A stretch of DNA of 64,000 bases, from the NCBI GenBank assembly GCA_964016885.1, contig OZ024742.1, positions 262,136,001-262,200,000 of the forward strand, given 5' to 3'. This document shows, one piece after another, positions 29,701 to 42,575 of the stretch. The translations under genes and the position numbers were made by a program. The notes beneath the pieces were generated by a model. It worked only from the letters and a program-made list of their open reading frames with translations, was not told where the DNA came from and did not search any database. Each line of letters opens with the position of its first letter. The stretch's first letter is position 1. The DNA comes from Eledone cirrhosa (lineage: Eukaryota).

Positions 29701-30120
29701 GAATAGTCCTCACATTCAAAGTGCCCATTTTGATGGCTCTCCTGCAGGACAAAACTGTATTCTTTATATTTGTCTCAGAGACAGCTGATCCATCATCCAC
29801 TGGCCCTCTCTGTGGCTCTAAGCCAGCAGAGTCATAACGACCAGACTGCTCCTTGACAGTGTAATTAGGGGCTCTAACCCTAGTGCTGTTAGATCGACTC
29901 TCCATATTTCTTTTCAATAGCTGACAATACCTTACCGGCGCCACTCGAATAAGGTAGTTATTTAACCCATAAATGGAGCCCTAACAGGTACTACCACCCC
30001 GGGCCAGGGCAGACCTGGGAGTCATGACAACTAAGGGGTAACTCCACATTCCCCACATCTCCTGAACTCCCGAACTGGAGCCTTGCCACTGGATGTAGTT
30101 TAATGTCATACCCAGGACAT
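26800..30120 (-). mobile_element. Full-length RTE LINE family E with (TAGA)n tail and Ceph-domain-like 5' UTR
   Basis: APE+RT ORF; 5' end ATGTCCTGGGTATGACATTAAACTACATCC..GGCTCCAG..; both flanks (TA)n. Confidence 0.92.
26810..29905 (-). pseudogene. RTE family E ORF (APE + RT) with one premature stop at 27014-27016
   Basis: GTLNVRT, QEHR, GDFNAH, SDH, NYRGISL, FIDFRKAFD, QGDTLAP, FADD. The TGA corresponds to CGA in the sister copy (~13563), and the frame continues to 26810. Confidence 0.9.
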
Positions 30121-30415
30121 CTTATATTATAGATATATATATATATTATAGATATATATATATATTATAGATATATATATATATTATAGATATATATATA
30201 TATTATAGATATTATATATATATATTATAGATATTATAGATATATATATATATATATTATAGATATATATATATATATTATAGATATATATATATATTAT
30301 AGATATTATATATATTATAGATATTATATATATTATATATTATATATATTATATATATTATATATATATATATTATATATATATATATTATATATATATA
30401 TATATTATATATATA

Positions 30416-32257
30416 TCATCATCATCATCATCATCATCATCAACGTTTAACGTCCGTGTTCCACGCTTGCATGGGTTTGGACGGGGGTTTTCCCACTTGA
30501 GGCAAGAGTGATTGTCTTGCTCGCATAGGACTGTCTGGCAGGTTTTCTACAGTTGGATGCCCTTCCTAACACCAACCACATTTACAGTGTGGGTCTGGGA
30601 GGTTTTTACCGTGTTGCCTACACGGCCACATTACAGCGTGGACTGTGTGTTTTTTTGTCGTGACACCTACACGATCTCATTTGTTTCGGCCTGGATGGTG
30701 TGGCACCAACATAACTTTACATAGAAGGGGGCGGTGTGGATGGGGTGGGGGTGGTGGGACGGGGGTGTATTTTGTTAGAGATGCCTACTGACTGTAGTAG
30801 GTTTTACTATGTATTTAGGTAAGGCGGGTCTTCTCTATTACTGAGTACCGCCAAAGGTCTCGGTCCAGTGACATTGTCTTGGAGAGGTGTAAGTGTGTGA
30901 GGTCGGAGTTTATCAGCTCGTCCCAGGTTTTTCTAGGTCTGCCTATTCCGTGGCTACCGTCTATTTTTATTGCCCTGCACTTTGTTATACAGCTATCGAC
31001 TTTCATGCGCATCACGTGTCCATACCAACGTAGCCTTCTCTCGAGTAAACAACATCTGATCCCTCTTATTTCTAATTTTTTCTTTAGTTCGTTTAAGCTT
31101 TGCTGTTCACGTATATTACTATTACACATCCAGCGAAGCATGCAAGCTTCGTTCATCTCTAGTCTGCGTATATCCTCTGCACACAATGCCCAGGTCTCAC
31201 TGCCATGCAACATTGCAGTTCGTATGCAGGCATCATACAACCTGCCTTTCGTTTTTAGGGAGAACCCTTTAGCGGCTAATAGTGGTATAAGCTCTCTGAA
31301 CTTTTTCCATCCAGTTCTGACTCTAGCTACTGTACTTTCAGAGCACCCTCCCCCACTGCTGATTTTGTCACCCAGGTAACGGAAGCTGTCCACTATTTCT
31401 ATAGAACCCTCTGCGCAGTTGAAGGAGCTAGTATTTTGTGGGCACTTGCTGCTACTTATTGCACCAGAGCACCGGCCACATGTGAAATCTATGTTCTTAG
31501 TTAGCTTACCTGTGATCCCACTACATCTTTTATGCACCCATACTTTGCATTTCTGACACAAAATGGAGTTTCTACCTACGCCTTTCCTACACACTGAGCA
31601 TGGCCACTTCCCGGAAGGGACCGCCACCTTATTTTCTTTCCTACAAACTAGAACTTTGGTCTTAGCCAGATTAATTTTAAGGCCTTTTGATTCTAGGCCG
31701 TGCTTCCATATTTGGAATTTCTTCTCTAGCTCGGCCATTGATTCAGCTATGAGTGTTAGGTCGTCTGTGTATAGGAGTTCCTATGGGCAGCCGGTCTTGA
31801 ACTCCTCTGTTATAGCCTGAAGGGCAATAATAAATAGTAGGGGGCTGAGAACAGAGCCCTGATGGACGCCAACTTTTGCGCTAAACTCTTCACTATATTC
31901 GTTGTTAATTCTAACCTTGCTGACTGTTTCTTTATACATGGCTTGTATAGCTCTCACAAGCCATTCGTCGACACCTAGTTTTCTAAGGGCCCACCAGATA
32001 ATGGAACGGGGGACTCTGTCGAAGGCTTTCTCCAAGTCGACAAAAGCTAAGTAGAGGGGTTTACTTTTAGCTAGGTACTTCTCCTGTAGTTGTCGTACAA
32101 TGAAAAGAGCGTCTGTGGTACTTTTGCCTGACACAAACCCGAACTGCATTTCATCTAGGTCAATTCTCTCTCTGATTAGTTGCGCTATTACTTTTTCCGT
32201 GACCTTCATGACCTGGTCGATTAATTTAATGCCTCTATAGTTACTCCTATCTAGGGC
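30416..32257 (-). mobile_element. RTE family B, 5'-truncated (ORFs 31781-32209 and 30815-31738; stop and YTDD)
   Basis: Highly similar to ~5718-7523; (CAT)n tail. Confidence 0.93.
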
Positions 32258-32299
32258 AAAGCGAAGTAGTTTCAGATGTTCAAGTCCTTTAATAATAAT

Positions 32300-32373
32300 G
32301 CTGTGATATATATTTCAATGACGACACTGGCCACACTGTTCTGTGTACGAGTGTCGTGTCATCATCAGACAGC
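32300..32373 (-). ncRNA. Type I hammerhead ribozyme
   Basis: Minus strand: GCTGT-CTGATGA-TGAC..GACACT...AGTGTCGTCA tt-GAAA-TATATA-TC^ACAGC; perfect stem I, palindromic loop III. Confidence 0.8.
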
Positions 32374-32852
32374 TTGTTACATAATAAGGTTATGTTTCCG
32401 AGGCAATCCAAATTGAATCGACATGGGAACGGATGAAGTTCGTGCTTTTGGGTTTTTCATCCGTTCCCTTGTGAGTACCAATTCACCCCCACCAGTCTGC
32501 GCAAGCGCATGTCTGAAGGACATTAGCCACCGCAGATTTCAACGAAATTCGCTGTCAGTTCACCCTCTCAGCCAAAACAATGGCCCACCTATGCCCTACC
32601 AAAGTTTACTGCTACCCATCACGACTGTGGCAGTCAGCCGAAAGCCAGAGGGGATGGGAGGGTGTTAGTTTTTATAGGTCATAATACTACCTTTCACTAA
32701 GCGTTGACAGCAAGACTGACCATCAACTCATAAGGGAAAATAAACTTAATTCTAGGTACCATGTTTTTACATTGGAAGTTATGAGTGAGAGTTGTAAATA
32801 AAAATTAAAAATTAAAATCCTAAATCCCTCATATCAAGAATTTGAAGACAAT

Positions 32853-32940
32853 TCATTTTCACCTGATGAGATCAGTGATAATTGATCATAGTTTCACAAT
32901 CGATCTATCTCTTATTGAAACATGTGTTGTGATTAAATGA
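32853..32940 (+). ncRNA. Hammerhead-like motif (decayed stem II)
   Basis: TCATTTTCAC-CTGATGA-47 nt-GAAA-CATGTG-TT^GTGAttAAATGA. Confidence 0.6.
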
Positions 32941-33208
32941 TTGGAATTTTACCTTGCCTTCGGATTTTCATTTTGATATATATATATATATACAAAGGAA
33001 GTACAGCATAATCGAAGCTCTGGCTGCAGCTAAGCTAACGAATGCAATCGGGAGATGCAGCTAAGCACTCAATAAGGTATTTTATCTTAGAGTTATAACA
33101 TTACGGTTAGACAGCTTTGCAAATTGAAGACAGCGACCAATAAGCCAGCCGCAGTGACCAAAGCAACGAAAAAAACTGACTTACGAAAATATGACAATAT
33201 ATATAGAG

Positions 33209-33273
33209 ATTCTGACGAACGATTTCAGACGTCTGTGTCAAGCTTGTCTGTCTTCGTGAAACCTTTGGTAAAT
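33209..33273 (+). ncRNA. Hammerhead-like motif (weak stem I)
   Basis: ATT-CTGACGA-ACGA..CAGAC..GTCTG..TCGT-GAAA-CCtttGG-TA^AAT. Confidence 0.55.
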
Positions 33274-33361
33274 GGAATAATTGTCTTATGTTGTTTATTA
33301 CATATCTAAATAGCTCTGTAGACTACATAGAGCACTCTCCTTTACCTTTCCTACAGAAACA

Positions 33362-33395
<34 letters not shown>

Positions 33396-33424
33396 TAAAA
33401 AGCACCAAAGGGTCAATATGCTTT

Positions 33425-33582
33425 TAAACTAACACATTTCAGCCGATAGAGTTTCATGTCGAGAATGTGAAGTAAAAAATATCAGAAATTAAAATAATTC
33501 TCTAAAAAAAATAAAAAAAAAGATTATTATCTAAATTTCCTTATGGTTTTATACTGCTAAAAATCGGTATCATCAGAGTTTA
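33425..33582 (-). ncRNA. Hammerhead-like motif with long stem II insertion
   Basis: Minus strand: TAAACT-CTGATGA-taCCGAT...ATCGGct-GAAA-TGTG-TT^AGTTTA; TGTG is consistent with CpG decay of CGCG. Confidence 0.6.
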
Positions 33583-33679
33583 TTTGCACATATTATCTAT
33601 CAACTTACATGTATATCGATTGTAGAGATAGCAGCAATAACAATATATATACAGAAAGAATTTCAAATATATATACATA

Positions 33680-34140
33680 TATTATCGTTTAACGTCCATT
33701 TTTCACACTAGCATGGGTTAGACAGGTTGTCCCATTAGAGGCCAGTTGGGTCAGGTAACCGTGTCTTGCATATATAACTGTTTCTGGCTAGATTTCTATG
33801 GCTGGATGCCCTTCCCAATGTCAACCATATTTACAGTGTGTGCTGGGTGCTTTTTGTTGTGACTCCTAAATGACTTCTTTGTAGTGTGGGCTGGATGTTT
33901 TTGTGATAACATAACTTTAAAGTGTAAGGGTGGTGTATATATATCATCATCACCGGTTAACATCTATTTTCCATGCTTGCATGGTTTAGACAGGTTGTCC
34001 ATGTTGAGGGACAAGTCTGGCAAGATTTGACCATGCCGTACCTTGCTCCGACAGGACTGTAAATTTGGCTGGAGATTTTAAAGCTGCTTACCCTTTCTAA
34101 CACCAACCACATCATTTACAGTGTAGAACTGGATGGCACT
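33680..34140 (-). mobile_element. Two decayed RTE/SINE 3'-end fragments
   Basis: CGTTTAACGTCC..GCATGGGTTAGAC..GGCTGGATGCCCTTCC motifs at ~33685 and ~33945. Confidence 0.7.
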
Positions 34141-35034
34141 GTTATAAGGAGGAACAGGCCAGATGTCCACACCAAACCCATCTCACAGTGGGGAGGGACG
34201 GAGAGGCTGTAAGTGTCATTCTGCCCAGACTTACTCTTAGTACAATTCAGCCTGAGACAGAGAGGCTACTTTCACTTCACCAAATTCATCCTTCTCATTG
34301 AACCCCCTACCTAAAAACCTATCTGGATGAGCTGTTTTAGTGGTATAATATTGACTTCTCCAATATACATTGTAAATTTGTGCATTATTTTATTGAGTAA
34401 GAATATATTTGCATATATAGAAAGGTTTCTTTTTGGCGGAGGATAGGGAAACGCTATGAATTTATTATTCATAATATTATTATAGTGTTGTATACATATG
34501 ATATAATAGTATATTAAATATCAAATGATACATATTATATATAAATATGGTAAAATAAAACATTAAAAAATATATATTTATTTATACATAGTATATATTA
34601 TACTATTTATCATATATAAATTAACCACTTTATTTATTATATATTATTTACAATTTGCACGTAGGCAGGTCTCTCTGGAAATAGGGGTGGGAGTGCTGAG
34701 GGTATTACATGGCTGTGAGGGGGGCAGTGGCCCCAAATGTTCGAGAACTCTGATCTAGGGCTTCTAGCACATAGCTTACAGAGCCCACTTCTACCCCATG
34801 CAGTATTATTTATTTGGAGTGACTGCTCTCCATAGACAGGCTGTTTCCTCACCACCAGTTTACAGAGCCCTTATCTACCCTGTGCAGTCATTTGAATTTA
34901 AGAGAGAGGGAAAGAGAAAGATAGATAACTTTCTTTTTATTTGTCACCAGGGCATCAAAAGTGGGACAAGTACAAAGGGGGGAGTTTACATGCAAAGGCG
35001 TCCTCAATATGGAGGAGGCAATAACAAGATATAA

Positions 35035-37480
35035 AAGTATAAAAATAAAATAAAATATAACAAAATAAATTTTGTAACAAAATCCTCAATAGGGAGGAGG
35101 CGCCTTGGGGGGTCGCACACACCCCCGAAAAAAAGTGTGCAATCCTTCTCCTCAGGAGCACAGAGAGGGGGTGCTCCCTTGGTCTTTCATCTTCCTCACC
35201 TATAGTCTGATGTAGAGTGAAGGCCCATTCACACGGGCCATTCTCGCCACTTTCACCCATCTTTCATAAAAACGGCTGGGGTACAGCACCTCTCTCTCCA
35301 TCCTGATCCTTCTTCCGAAATGATATCGGAAGAAACGGACCAGTTGTTGGCCAGAGAGAAAGGTGTTTGACCTCAGTCCTTTCAGACGCGTCCACCATAC
35401 AACCTCTTTCGCCATGGCTATTACGCACAGAAACACCGCCTCTCCTTCGTTTTTGAAGAGGGGAGGCGGCTTGATCGTTACAATAGACTCGGTGGTCAAC
35501 CGGATCGGTCCCACCCTTGACAGCAGTTGTTCGACATAGCTCCACAGATCGGCAATGCCCGAGCAGTGTACCAAAGCGTGTGCAACGGTTTCCTCGTCGC
35601 ACACGCATCTGGGACAGATCTATTTCGAGGGGTCCCTACCCGGGCGCCCGTGTCTGTAGAGCCTTTCTCGAACGGGCAGAGCCCCTTGGTAGCACTGCCA
35701 GGCCAGGGAACTCTGGAAGTTATCCATGGGTCCCGGGCTGAATGTCCTCCCAAACTGGACAACCTGTTCGTTTTCCTCCATGCTTAGGGCTTCTCCGAGG
35801 GCGTCGTCGCACCTGCTAACCACCAGAATGACGAGGTGGATTCTCCACTGACAGCCGGGTCCGCCTGCCAGAGAGCCGTGAGCGCCTGGGCACACTCGGT
35901 GTGCCAGGCGCCCAGTTTTCTCGGTCTTTGCTTGACCCAGGATTGCAGCTCGGTGAGTGAGACGAGTCTGGGAAAGGCTCGCCTCACAAACGGGGCCCAC
36001 ACCGGTTGACCGGTGAGGAATGCCTGGTGGTGCCGTAGCCTTAATGCGTGTTTACGTATCATTAGCCACGGCATCCCCAGCCCTCCTTTCGAAGGGTGTT
36101 GACAGCAGATGGATCTCCTCACCATAGGAGCCCGCTTCTTCCAAAGGAATTGGAAGAGTGCGCGCTCCATTTTGCCGAGCGTTTCCCTTGGGCAAGGCAC
36201 AACGGTCAGGCGGTAGTAGATGATGGACGCTATATAAGTGTTCGCCACCTCCACCTGACCTTTCAGGGACAGTTTGCACTCGGCCCACTTCTGGGTCAGT
36301 GCAAACACCCTGTTCGTTACCTCACCCCAGTTCTTCTCCACCTGGGGGTCTGGTCCGAACCAGACCCCGAGCAACTTCACCGGGCCCTCCGTCCAGCGAC
36401 CGACGATGCCATTGGAGGGCATCGATCTGCCCCTCCACGTGCCGAGTGGCAGACCGATCGACTTGTCCCGGTTCAGCTTAGCCCCTGTAAACCTTTTGTA
36501 TTCCTCCAGTAAGGTGCCGATCGCCCCGATTTCCGAGGCTGTCGACACCATTACTGTTACGTCGTTGGCGTAGGCCGACACCGCTTTCCGCAATCCCGGT
36601 TCCAACAGGATGCCCTGCAACAACTCCAACTTCCGCAGCAGTGGCTCTAGAGTCATTACATACAGAAGGGAGGAGAGAGGGCACCCTTGTCGGATGGACC
36701 GCGCGATTTCGAACGGCTCCGAGAGGTAGCCGTTCACCTTGACCCTAGAGCAGATACGGCTGCTGTGCATGGCATTGATCCAGCCCCTGAAAACGGGTCC
36801 GAAGCCTGCTGCCGCTAGCACCGCATCCAGGTAACCATGGTCGACCCTATCGAACGCCTTAGATTGATCCAAGTTGATCAGGGCCTCACCAAAGCCAGGT
36901 TCGTTCCCAACCCTCTCTATGATGTATCGCATGAGGTGGAGGTTGTCGTGGATGGACCTGGACGGGATAGCACATGTCTGCGCATCTCCCATCAGGTTGC
37001 CCACGACAAGCGCCAACCTCTTTGCTAGCACCTTGGCCAAAATCTGTAACTCTGTATTTAGCAGAGTTATGGGCCTGAAATTATTTATATCGTCCCCCTT
37101 GTTCTCGTCCTTCTTCACTAGCGTGACTACGCCCTTGGTCACAGCACAGGGAATTCTCCCGTTCTGTTGCCAGTTGCAGTAGACCGCCTCGAGGAGATCC
37201 CACCACCTGCTGTTGACGATGGCGCCCGTCAACCGCTCCTTAACTAAAGTGCTAATCCAGTCCCTGTAAGCCTTACTTGCTGGTAAGGACAAGTTGAGCT
37301 TCCAGTAACCGGGTCCCTGTCTATGCGTTCTGTCAAGGTTGACCATGCAGCTCACTAACTTGTGGTCTGAATAGCCAACCATGCTCATTTTTGGACAACT
37401 TAAAAAGTTCTTATCCTTATTTCTAACTAAGAACCTATCTAGGTATGACCTAGATGATCCGCTGCGATTTGCCCAAGAGA
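35035..37480 (-). mobile_element. L1/Tx1-clade LINE ORF2 fragment (end of EN, internal deletion, RT, C-terminal CCHC), frameshifted
   Basis: SYLDRFLV, SDHKLV, GPGYWKLN, NFRPITLLN, LDQSKAFDRVDH, RQGCPLS, YANDV, GGLG, C..C..ETVAHALVHC; GC-rich. Confidence 0.88.
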
Positions 37481-39004
37481 AAGATAGATAGCCAGATAGG
37501 AAGATGGTAGTTTGACAGACAAGAAGGTGGTAGATAGCCGGACAGGAAGGTGGTGGAAAGGAGGAAGTTGGGTGAGATATGGTGACAGTCAAGCAGGTAA
37601 CTGAGCCAGAAGGTTCATTTCTGTTATAAAAATTGATATTTAGCTGAACAATATAAATAAAAATATAGTATTTTTGTTCTTTACTTAGTGGTGCATACAT
37701 GGAGATAAATGTTGTTCTTCTATGACTTTTCTATGCAGGATAGTTCTGTTATTTACTCTAATTACCTCAATTCCTTTATCTATCCACTTCTCAGCCAATA
37801 AAATGCTTACTCCACCCATTCTATTATCATTTCCTACTCAGAAGAACTTATAACTATACTGTTAACCTGTGAGGTATCATCCATTGCATCTCTTGCATAC
37901 AGCATATATTTACTCATCTCCTCACAAGTATCTCTATAATTTCACTTGGTCTACATTTCTATTTGCCAACATTAGGTGTGGCAGCTCTGAATTGTGTTAT
38001 ATTAGAGAAGAGGAAGGTACCTTGGTGGTTGGGTTGTATTTTACTAATAATGCTCTGTACCTGAAAGGGTATGTGCAATCACTTGATGACTATTGAGGGG
38101 GTTCTCACACTCAGCTAGGTTAGCCACTCTGCTACTGCGTTCAGTACTATGATGGTTAGTGTTAGCCTTGTATATACAGTTATTTTCAATACTGTATGTT
38201 GTGCTAATCATGGCTTTTTTGACAGAGGTTTTATGGCTGTTTGCCCTTCCTATCAGCAACCACGTTACAGTGTATAGTGGGTGCATTTTATCATGTCACC
38301 AGCACTTTAGAGGTTGTTTGTCAGGATTTAAGAGTCCTCTCTACTCTGTTTCAGTTTTAATTCAGAGTAACTACTCTCCTAGATGGGTTTCCTTCTCTAT
38401 GTCTTATGGAGTCCTCCTCTGCCCTATGCAGTTGTATTTATTTTGTGTGACTGATCTACTAGATAGGTTGCCTTCTCTGTGGCATACAGAGTTTGCATCC
38501 ACCCTGTACAGTTTTATTTCTGTAGAGTTACTGCAATCTTAGATGGTCTGCCTTTCCTGTGGTTTATGGTGTCAATGTCTTCAAATTTTATAGTATCATT
38601 ACTAGTGGAGAGATCATTGTGAAACGTTTTAGTGAATTAAAGCAAAGACTTTAATTTTGATGTGCTATAGTTATAGTGCTATGCTGTACATTTCAAGAAT
38701 GTCTTGCTAATAATGTGTTTTTTTGTACAGGACTTTAAAAGTTTAGTATTTTAATGTCATTTATTGTATACACATTGAGACTGTCTTACTCAATTAATCA
38801 ATGACCAATATTAAGTTTCTTTACTTTTTATTTCATGTCAACATGTAACATTTGGTGGCCTTTTAAAAAGAAATTTTATTTGTAAAGTTTTGTTTAATTT
38901 CATCTTATCAATATCTTAAGATATCTGTGTCAAGTGAAGCCTATAGTCAGTACCAGAATTGAATCAATGGCTGTTGTAGAAACAAGTTATTATTTCTTTC
39001 CAGC

Positions 39005-39140
39005 ATAGTTACGTCCCTTTACGATCTGAGTTCAAATCCCGCCGAGGTTCACTTTGCCTTTCATCCTTACGGGGTCGGTAAAATAAAGTACCAGTAATGC
39101 ACTGGATAATTGCTGGCCTTGTGCCTAAAGTAGAAACAAT
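39005..39140 (+). mobile_element. 5'-truncated Nin-domain SINE
   Basis: B box GAGTTCAAATCC plus Nin-like core; ATTATTTCT on both flanks. Confidence 0.8.
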
Positions 39141-39514
39141 TATTTCTGTCTACGTGGATATTGCTTATGATTGGATTCTTCTTTGTTTATTGAGGTATAC
39201 ATATGGTAGTGAATATATCTGCATAGTGTAGTTATATACCAAATACAACACACAGCCTAAATCTGCTGTTGATATTTCTTTATGGTTCTGTACAAAACCT
39301 TTATTCTACATTTCACTATTTCACCTAGCTGTCAGAAATAAGTACCAGATCATTTGGGAATGTTGCATTTGATAGACCAAAAACCTATCCAGGGTAAGAT
39401 GAATCACTAATCTGCTTCATATAAAATCAGAGCTAAGCACTGTAGACCAACATCTCATTAATGCAGCTTAATTTGACTGTTAAAATGTTTAAAATGTTAC
39501 AAATTTCATTTCAG

Positions 39515-39696
39515 CTGACACTCTCTCAGAAGATGAAGATGACTACATTGTCAGGGAAGCTGGAGAAGGAGTTAGTGTATGTGCTGTTCCGAGCTACAAC
39601 CATAATTCAGATTTTACTCCAACTCCAGGTGGACCATTTTCAGCCCTTACACCATCAATGTGGCCACAAGATATTTTGTCCAAATTAAACAACCCT
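39515..39696 (+). CDS. SGSM3: Coding exon of small G protein signaling modulator 3 homologue (N-terminal region)
   Basis: tttcag/...CCT/gtaagt; translates DTLSEDEDD...[25 protein letters not shown], matching the SGSM3 N-terminal motif [16 protein letters not shown] as recalled from memory. Confidence 0.85.
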
Positions 39697-40623
39697 GTAA
39701 GTATTTATGTATCTTTTTCTTTTCATCTTGCAACTTATAATATAGATAAAAGAACATTGCTACTAAAGTGAGGTAGGTAGTGGGGAAGGTGGAAGTGATT
39801 AGAGGCTTTACTACATCTATTTAACCCATTCATGACAATATTTCTATTGAAATACACTGTGAAAATAATCAAGAATTTGGAGGAATTTAATAAAATCCAT
39901 AAGTTCTCCCTTATTAAGCTGGTGTTTGTAACAACTTAAAAAATGGTTCTTTGTCCGTTATCAACTAAAAAAATGATAATGAACAAAGGAGAAAAAAACC
40001 AAATCCCTGAAGTTTATAAAAACTGTGTAGTTACTAAGGTTCAAGTCAGTTACTGTTGAACTGTGTAAATGACCAGATTGTAGATAGTGCAATGAAAATT
40101 GTGTGTATATATATGTGTAGTGATCAGAGGACAATGAAATTATTACAGATGCATTGAAGTTATTTTTTTCCAAAATTTCATTTATTCACTTTTTTTACAT
40201 GTGTCTTATTGCTTCTATTGCATAACTATCTGTACATCAAACTGGAACAGTAGGATAAAATTGTTTAATTTCGATTAAAATCTGTATATATGACATAACG
40301 TGTCAGAAAAGATAATGAAAGTGGCCATTACGTCACTGTATATTTTATTTGTTTGGGCTTGGGTAAACTGTGGGCAGGTCAGGTGGTAGAGAGATCTAGA
40401 TAAATGGAATGGACCAATCAATGTGCTAGATTTGGTTTAGTTTAGTTTAAGGCATTTGACATCTGCTTGCAGTTTGTTACTTTTGTAATGAGTAAAGGTG
40501 GAATGGGTATTCCCTAATTATTATAAGCTTATTGTTATTTATTTATATCCTAGAAACATTTGGATTCTATCTTATCTATTCTCCCTCCATATATTTCGTC
40601 TGTTTGGATTTTTATTACTTATT

Positions 40624-40956
40624 GGCACATGGAGGCTTAGTGGTTAGAGCATTGGCCTTGCAATTGAAAGGTTGTGAGTTCAATTCTCAGACCGGGTGAT
40701 GTGTTGTTTCCTTGAGCAAGACACTTTATTTCACATTGCTCCAGTTTACTCAGCTGTAGAAATGAGATGATAGGGACTGGGGTCCATAAGATTCCACTGC
40801 AAAGTGGTCGTGGAGGTGCCACGGCAAAAAAGCACCCAGCACTCACTGTAAATGAGGTTGGTGTTAGGAAGGGCATTCATCTGTAGAAAGGAAGCCAGAA
40901 TCAGTTCCCATCCCACCCTTGCAAGCAGGGAAAAGCAGATGTAAAATGATGATGAT
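40624..40956 (+). mobile_element. tRNA-derived SINE with RTE family C-type tail
   Basis: Same head/body as the 16344 copy; ends CCCACCCTTGCAAGCAGGGAAAAGC..(ATG)n like 18303-18359. Confidence 0.88.
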
Positions 40957-41068
40957 TGGCATCAGGTTTTCTTTTTTTATATTCAAAGGATAGATTACAC
41001 CGTGTAACATATTTTTGTTCCCCGGTTCTAAGTGTAATTTCATAGTTTGTTATATCCCATTATTATAA

Positions 41069-41168
41069 CCGCCGAGGTTAACTTTGCCTTTCATCCTTAC
41101 GGGGTCGATAAAATAAAGTACCAGTAATGTACTGGGTAATTGCTGGCCTTGTGCCTAACGTAGAAACA
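41069..41168 (+). mobile_element. Nin-domain SINE 3' fragment inside the DNA transposon
   Basis: Flanked by a 10-bp duplication ATTATTATAA (41059-41068 / 41169-41178). Confidence 0.82.
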
Positions 41169-41385
41169 ATTATTATAAAATAACACTATTATTTAATCAG
41201 AAGTTTGGGTTTGTGGTCAGGAGTTTGATATTTCGAAATTTTCATATTTTTCAAGAAAAAACATTTTTTTAAAATTTATCAGTGCATATAATTAAATCAA
41301 CAGAGTATATATTTATTTTATTACACAAGCTTATCAAAAGCAAACAAGTAAAAACAAATAACACTTATAAAGCAACTTATACACG

Positions 41386-42575
41386 TCAGAAATGACTGGA
41401 TTTCCTGGATTTGCAGTTGTATTCCAGGTCGCATTCCCGCACTAGCCCCCAGATATAGTCCCCCATCATTTTTTCATTGTAGTGGCCCTGGTACCTCCGC
41501 TCTATCTCTTTCACATCTTGGTGGATTCGTTCGCCTTGTTCTTCTGAGTAGGCACCCATATTGTCCTTGAATTTTTCGAGGTGAGCGTCCAGCATATGGA
41601 GTTTAAGCAACATCCTGCATCCCATGGCGCCAAAAGCCTTTATCAGATCCTGCACCAGTTGCTGGTAGCTTTCAGCGCTGTAGTTGCCCAGGAAGCCCTT
41701 AACAACTGCCTTGAAATAGATCCATGCTGTTCTCTCAATCCTATTGAGCTTATTGGAGAACTCGGTAGACTCAAACACCTTCTTTTTCTGAGGTCCAACA
41801 AACATTCCACCTTTGATTTTGGCCTCAGATAACTTGGAGAAGAACTCAAGAAGGTACTTAAAAGCGGCTGATTCTTGGTTTAGAGCCTTCACAAACTGCT
41901 TCATCAACCCCAACTTAATGTGCAGTGGCGGCATGAGCACAATCCTGGGATCGCTCCCAGTTCTTTCTTTTGCAGTGGTCAGAGGTGGCTCTGCTGTCCC
42001 AAAGGCAGAGGAAGCATTGGAATTTGATAAAGCCTCCTTGGAGTCCAAGCAGGAAAGCCACCATCTTGAAGTCTCCAATGATTTCCCAATTGTACAGGTT
42101 GTATTGCAGAGCTTCCAAGAGGACTTTCACACTGTAGTAATCTTCCTTCAGGCAGACTGAATGAGCTAGGGGCAGTGTCGGGAACTTGTTTTCATTGTGG
42201 AGGAGGACAGCCTTCAAACTTGTGGTGGAGCTGTCTATAAATAGCCGCGACTCCTTGGGCACAAACGGCACCCCAATAATGTCAAACAGTCCAGGCACAT
42301 CATGGCAGAAGCAGAGGCCATTCCTAAGAGTGTAAAAGCCTGAGAAAGGTTCGTGTCGACTTCTCTGACTTGTCACCTGCACTTCCTCCTTGACAAAGTT
42401 CCACTGCTTCATCCTGGAGACGAATAGCTCTGCATTGGACTTGGTCAGACCCATATCCCTGATCAAGTCATTGACTTTTTTTGGGTTTGGGAAGTGAGGA
42501 ACTTTTTCTGGTACCTCAGGCAAGTAATCCAAGTCCTCAGCATCCATCTCCTCCTCTTCATCAGAATACTTGTCT
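41386..42575 (-). pseudogene. Chapaev3-like transposase, frameshifted near 41950-41990
   Basis: Overlapping ORFs 41915-42598 and 41386-42078 give consecutive transposase motifs; possible intron upstream (acceptor ~42575, donor ~42692). Confidence 0.8.

Noticed and set aside
23592-29837. Antisense ORFs overlapping the RTE ORFs
   Set aside because: Shadow ORFs of coding sequence with no recognisable motifs.
37869-38580. Short ORFs and degenerate ~80-bp repeats
   Set aside because: No protein motifs; contains decayed RTE/SINE 3' UTR sequence.
39461-39688. 75-aa ORF in the ORF track (also 51126-51350)
   Set aside because: Wrong frame; the real coding frame is the spliced SGSM3 exon.
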